From: the human T2T-CHM13v2.0 reference genome, Homo sapiens
Length of the DNA stretch: 64,000 bases
Direction: 5' to 3' (one strand)
Assembly (NCBI RefSeq): GCF_009914755.1
Contig: NC_060934.1
The position numbers were made by a program, and so were the translations under genes. The notes beneath the pieces were generated by a model that saw nothing but the letters and a program-made list of their open reading frames with translations, had not been told where the DNA came from and did no database searches. Shown here piece after piece: positions 52,041 through 64,000 of the stretch (position 1 is the first letter of the stretch; the number at the start of each line of letters is the position of its first letter).

Positions 52041-52983
52041 GGAAATGATATATATAACAACATTACTAAGGCCCCCTATGGGCAGAGGACGCCCATGACT
52101 GGATAGAGATGGCAGCCTAAGCATGGCAGGGCTGGTTTCACAGCAAGTGCCTTTAATAGGGACCACCCTTTGACTCCTGTTCCCTCTGGTCTTATGTTCC
52201 TCTAACAGCTTTTCAAAGTTACCATCTTAACAGCCATGTTGGCTGGGTGCCGGTGGTTCATGCCTGTAATCTCAGCACTTTGGAAGGCCAAGGTGGGAGG
52301 ATCACTTGAGCCCAAGAATTCAAGACCAGCCTGAGCAACACAGTGAGAACTCTATAAATAAATAAATAAATAAATAAATATTTAACAGCCATGTCAACAT
52401 ATGACCTTAACAAATTCAAAAGAAAAATAAGGCTGGGCATGTGGGTGGGCACCTGTAATCCTAGCACTTTGGGAGGCTGAGGCAGGAGAATCGTGTGAAC
52501 CCGGGAGGCGGAGGTTGCAGTGAGCCCAGCTCTCACTCCAGCCTGGGTGACAGAACAAGACTCCATCTCAAAAAGACCAAAAACAAAAACAAAAACAAAA
52601 ACCAAACAAACAAAAAGGCTGGGTACGGTGGCTTCACGCCTGTAATCCCAGCACTTTAGGAGGCCAAGGCAAGTGGATCACTTGAGGTCAGGAATTCGAG
52701 ACCAGCCTGGCCAACATGGTGAAACCCTGTCTCTACTAAAAATACAAAAATTGGCTGGGTGTGATGGCACATGCATGTGGACCCAGCTATTTGAGAGGCT
52801 GAGGCAGGAGAATTGCTTCAACCCAGAGGCAGAGGTTACAGTAAGCTGAGATCGCGCCACCGCACTCCAGCCTGGGAGACAGAGCAAGACTCGGTGTCAA
52901 AAAAAAAAGCATGAAAGAAAAACAAACCCTCCACTTGGGGGAAATATGTTCAGACAGCTATACTTCTAAGTTGCATTATTCTA

Positions 52984-53421
<438 letters not shown>

Positions 53422-53848
53422 TCAATCCCCACAAGCCCTCCCAGTTTCCCAGCTCAGGTGCAGCCTGGGTCAGCCACATCCTACTTTGGCTGCTGGAGGA
53501 AACCAAGTACTGCTGGGGCACCCCAGAGGAAGCTGAGGAAATGTGGGCACAAAAACCAGGCCCAATTAATAGACCATTACAGGACTCCGTAATTATCCTG
53601 AAATGGAAGGGCTTTTTAAGAAGGACTCACAAATTAGAGAGAAAACCATTAAACCTAGACGTGTCCATGCAGGGGCCCAGCTGAGAAGCTTCCATCTTGA
53701 TCCCAGCCATGGGCAGCTTCATGGAAACTTCTGGGGCAGCAGATGCAGCCTGTGGCTATGTGGAGCTGGCGGCTCTGAATGTAGAGGTTGGTGGGCTGCA
53801 TTCACTCGGTCACTCATTTATTCATTCACCCTATATACTATATAACTA

Positions 53849-54058
<210 letters not shown>

Positions 54059-54414
54059 TTAGCTGGTGTGGTGGTGGGCGCCTGTAATCCCAGCTATTCA
54101 GGAGGCTGAGGCACGAGAATCGCTTGAACCCAGGAGGCGGAGGTTGCAGAGAGCCGAGGTGGCGCCATTGCACTCCAGCCCAGATAACAAGAGTGAAACT
54201 CCATCTCAAAAAAAAAAAAGTTCTCTCACACACATACACACATGTACATACATAATCACACACACCTACATAATCACACACGCTTTTAATAAGTAAAACG
54301 TGGGGCATAAGGAGAAGAGAAAATGGGCATACACTCAAATCTCCCTATCCCTAATTTCCCAGGAAAAACATTTTTTTTTTTTTTTTTGAGACAGAGTCTA
54401 GCCCTGTTGCCTAG

Positions 54415-54828
<414 letters not shown>

Positions 54829-55054
54829 TGAGCCACCACGCCCAGCCAAAAATAAATTTTTTTAACGTGAATTATACATCAATAAACCTGATTTTTTTTA
54901 AGTATATATACATAGCTGGGTATGTGGTATGTGCCTATAGGCCTAGCTACTTGGGAGGCTGATGCAGGAGGATTGCTTGAGCCCAGAAGTTCAAGGCCAG
55001 TCTGGGCAATGTGGGGAGACCCAGTCTCTAAAATATAAAAATTAAAAAAATACA

Positions 55055-56864
<1,810 letters not shown>

Positions 56865-57150
56865 TTATGGTTTCGTTTAGTGTAAATATGGTAAAATTTC
56901 ACTAAGAAAAGGAAAGCAAAAAGAAGCTATGATCACTTTGGCTCAAATTTTATTTATTCTCTGTCTTGGCCAATAGAATGTCAATTTTCGTGTGCCTAGC
57001 CTTGTGTCTGGCTTATAGAAAATGCTAAAAGAACACTTGTGGAAGGTGGGAAGGATAAGAAAGACCATGACAGCTCAAGTCCAACATCTCCTGGAGAGGC
57101 CCATTTGGGCTACTTTCAAGCATTTTATTATTATTATTATTATTTTTTGA

Positions 57151-58725
<1,575 letters not shown>

Positions 58726-59900
58726 CTTCCAAGCACTTTCATGCCCTGTTACACCCCAGTCCCACTCCAAATACCTCAACAGGCAAGTCCTGCTGCACCC
58801 ACTCCTACAAGGTGGTAAGTGGTGAGGGGCCAGATGAGAGCTCTGGATTTCTAGTATTCTAGGATGTTCTAGGAAGTCAGAGGAGAGGGTTGAGAACTGC
58901 ATATTGTACCATGGGGCTGCAAGAAAGGGCAGGCTCAGGACTGGAGAGGATAAATAGCCCATATTTATGGACTCTTTCGCATCTTCAACTCACTTTACCT
59001 ATCACCGACTACAAAATAGCTACTATTATTATTCCCATTTTACAGATGAGGAAATCGAGCAACATGGGGCAACAGAGAGAGCTTGGACTGGGAACGGTGA
59101 GACCTGTGGTTTTGCCTCATTTTTCCACTGACCTTGTTTCTTCATCTTTGAACTGAGGGGATGGGACTGGATGACACCTAAGAGAGATTCTATGAGGCAA
59201 AGCTCAGCTGCCAGCCGCCACTGCTGCTGTTTTCCTCCAGCCCCACCCGGTCGCCCTCCCTGGGTTCAAGCCTGGGGCGGCGCACGGGGCTCAGGGTGGG
59301 AAGAACAGAGCCTTCTTGCAGGTCACTGAGCAAATGCTTGACTGCTTTCTGGGGCATGTCCAAATCTGGAAGGAGAACGTTAAGAAGAAATTTCCACGGC
59401 CCTTCCCCCATCGGGGGATTTTCCATTCTGCCTGGGCAGACATGCCTCTCGGTTTCCCCAGAGCCAAGCACTGGCAATCCGTAGGTTTTATTGAATGGCT
59501 CAACTCAGTGCTAGGAGGAATGTTCTGGTTCTTGCCCTAGGAAAGGGGCAAGTTTGTTGAGGAGCCACAACTGATCTAGAAAGATGAAGTGGGGCTGGAG
59601 GCAGGGTGGTGCTGAATCAAGCATTCAGTCTAGAAGAGCCCCAGAGAGAGACCAGGGGAAACAGGAACGACCAGGGGCAACTTCCTAGAATAAGGGACCA
59701 GAGTTGGAGGGGCAAAGAAGGGCGGAGACTTGCTAGGCAGACAGGAGAGTGCAGAACAGACGAGGGCCGGGCGCGGTGGCTCACGTTTGTAATCCCAGCA
59801 CTTTGGGAGGCTGAGGCAGGTGGATCACCTGAGGTCAGGAGTTCAAGACCAGCCTGGCCAACACGATGAAACCCTGTCTCTACTGAGAATATAAAAATTA

Positions 59901-60278
<378 letters not shown>

Positions 60279-60740
60279 TCAGAGCATCCCCTGGCCAGCT
60301 ACTAGAGGATCAGATTTAGCTCACTGTCCCCTGCTCCACAAGGCAGCATGCCCTGGCCACCCCTGCAAAAGCAACCATCCTCTAGCACAGCTCCGCATAC
60401 ATTTTCCCCCACAGCCCTTAACACCACCAGAAGTTAGCCTGTGTCTTTGTTCAGTGGCCACCTCCCTTCTACAGGATGGGAGTTCCATGAGAGCAGAGGT
60501 ATTGCTGGGCTTGTTTCAAGGGCCTGGCACACAGCTAGCTCAGTCATTTTTGTTTGTTTGTTTTTATTTTTTCTTGCTCTGTCACCCAAGCTGTAGTGCA
60601 GTGGCACAAACACAGCTCACTGCAGCCTCAACCTCCCAGGCTGAAGTGATCCTCCCACTTCAGCCTCCCAAGTAGCTGGGACCACAGGCATGCACCACCA
60701 CACCTAGCTAATGTTTTATTGTTCTTATTGTTATTCGTAG

Positions 60741-60860
<120 letters not shown>

Positions 60861-60949
60861 TAAATATTGCTGAGATTCACTGATCTGTACTTTGGAATGT
60901 CTTGGTGAAAGGAAGTCTATAATAACTATATATATATATATTTTTTTTT

Positions 60950-61130
60950 TTTTCTGAGCACCTACTATATGCCAGGCACTGTGCTAAGTGCCTTACAAAC
61001 ATTATCTCATTCATTCCTCTGAGCAACTGTATGGGAAAGGTGCCACCTGTTTTATAGGTGAGGAAACTGAGGCCAAGAGAGGTTTGTGAAGTTGCTCAAG
61101 GACACACAGAGACAGGATTCGAACCTCCAC
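60950..61130 (-). mobile_element. MIR (continues at about 61742-61768 after two inserted Alus)
   Basis: tgagcacctactatatgccaggcactgtgctaag...gaggaaactgaggcc...ggattcgaacc; TSD cgaacctccac at 61120 and 61742. Confidence 0.8.
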
Positions 61131-61141
61131 TTGTTTTTTTT

Positions 61142-61675
<534 letters not shown>

Positions 61676-61769
61676 TAAGGTGATCTGTCCACCTCAGCTT
61701 CCCAAAGTGCTGGGATTACAGGCGTGAACCACCGTGCGCGGCGAACCTCCACATTTGACCTCCGGGCTA

Positions 61770-63875
<2,106 letters not shown>

Positions 63876-64000
63876 TCCTAGCTGCACGGCCTCGTCTGGC
63901 ATGAGGGTTGGATGGGTGGGAGAGGGAGGCTGGAGTCCAAGAGGCTGGTGGGAGGAATCTGTAGGGGACTAGGGACCAGCTATGGGAGGAAAGGTTAGGG

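Overview
This is human (primate) genomic DNA that I recognise from the encoded proteins as the ANAPC16-DDIT4 locus (chr10q22). The + strand carries the last two coding exons and long 3' UTR of ANAPC16 (about 3.4-8.9 kb). About 38 kb of Alu-dense intergenic DNA follows, with several repeat-poor islands that look like enhancers. The complete three-exon stress gene DDIT4/REDD1 (232 aa) lies in a CpG island at about 46.9-49.1 kb. The last ~15 kb is Alu, L1, MIR and hAT-transposon debris. Almost all other ORFs in the track are Alu or GC-rich artefacts, and I found no evidence of an unknown protein-coding system. The most interesting signals are: (1) a perfect 20/20 p53 element inside an old L2 about 3.1 kb upstream of DDIT4; (2) a perfect palindromic GRE plus further GREs 18-31 kb upstream; (3) three ATF4 CARE sites at about -1 kb; (4) an unused-looking but stronger 5' splice site in DDIT4 intron 2 that predicts an NMD-escaping 132-aa isoform; (5) an alternative-polyadenylation / inverted-Alu switch in the ANAPC16 3' UTR; (6) a fossil two-template insertion stitched from nearby DNA; (7) a human-specific AluYb8; and (8) a hAT transposon split by five Alus. 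Motif calls are sequence matches only, with function untested. Repeat boundaries and subfamilies were assigned by eye.
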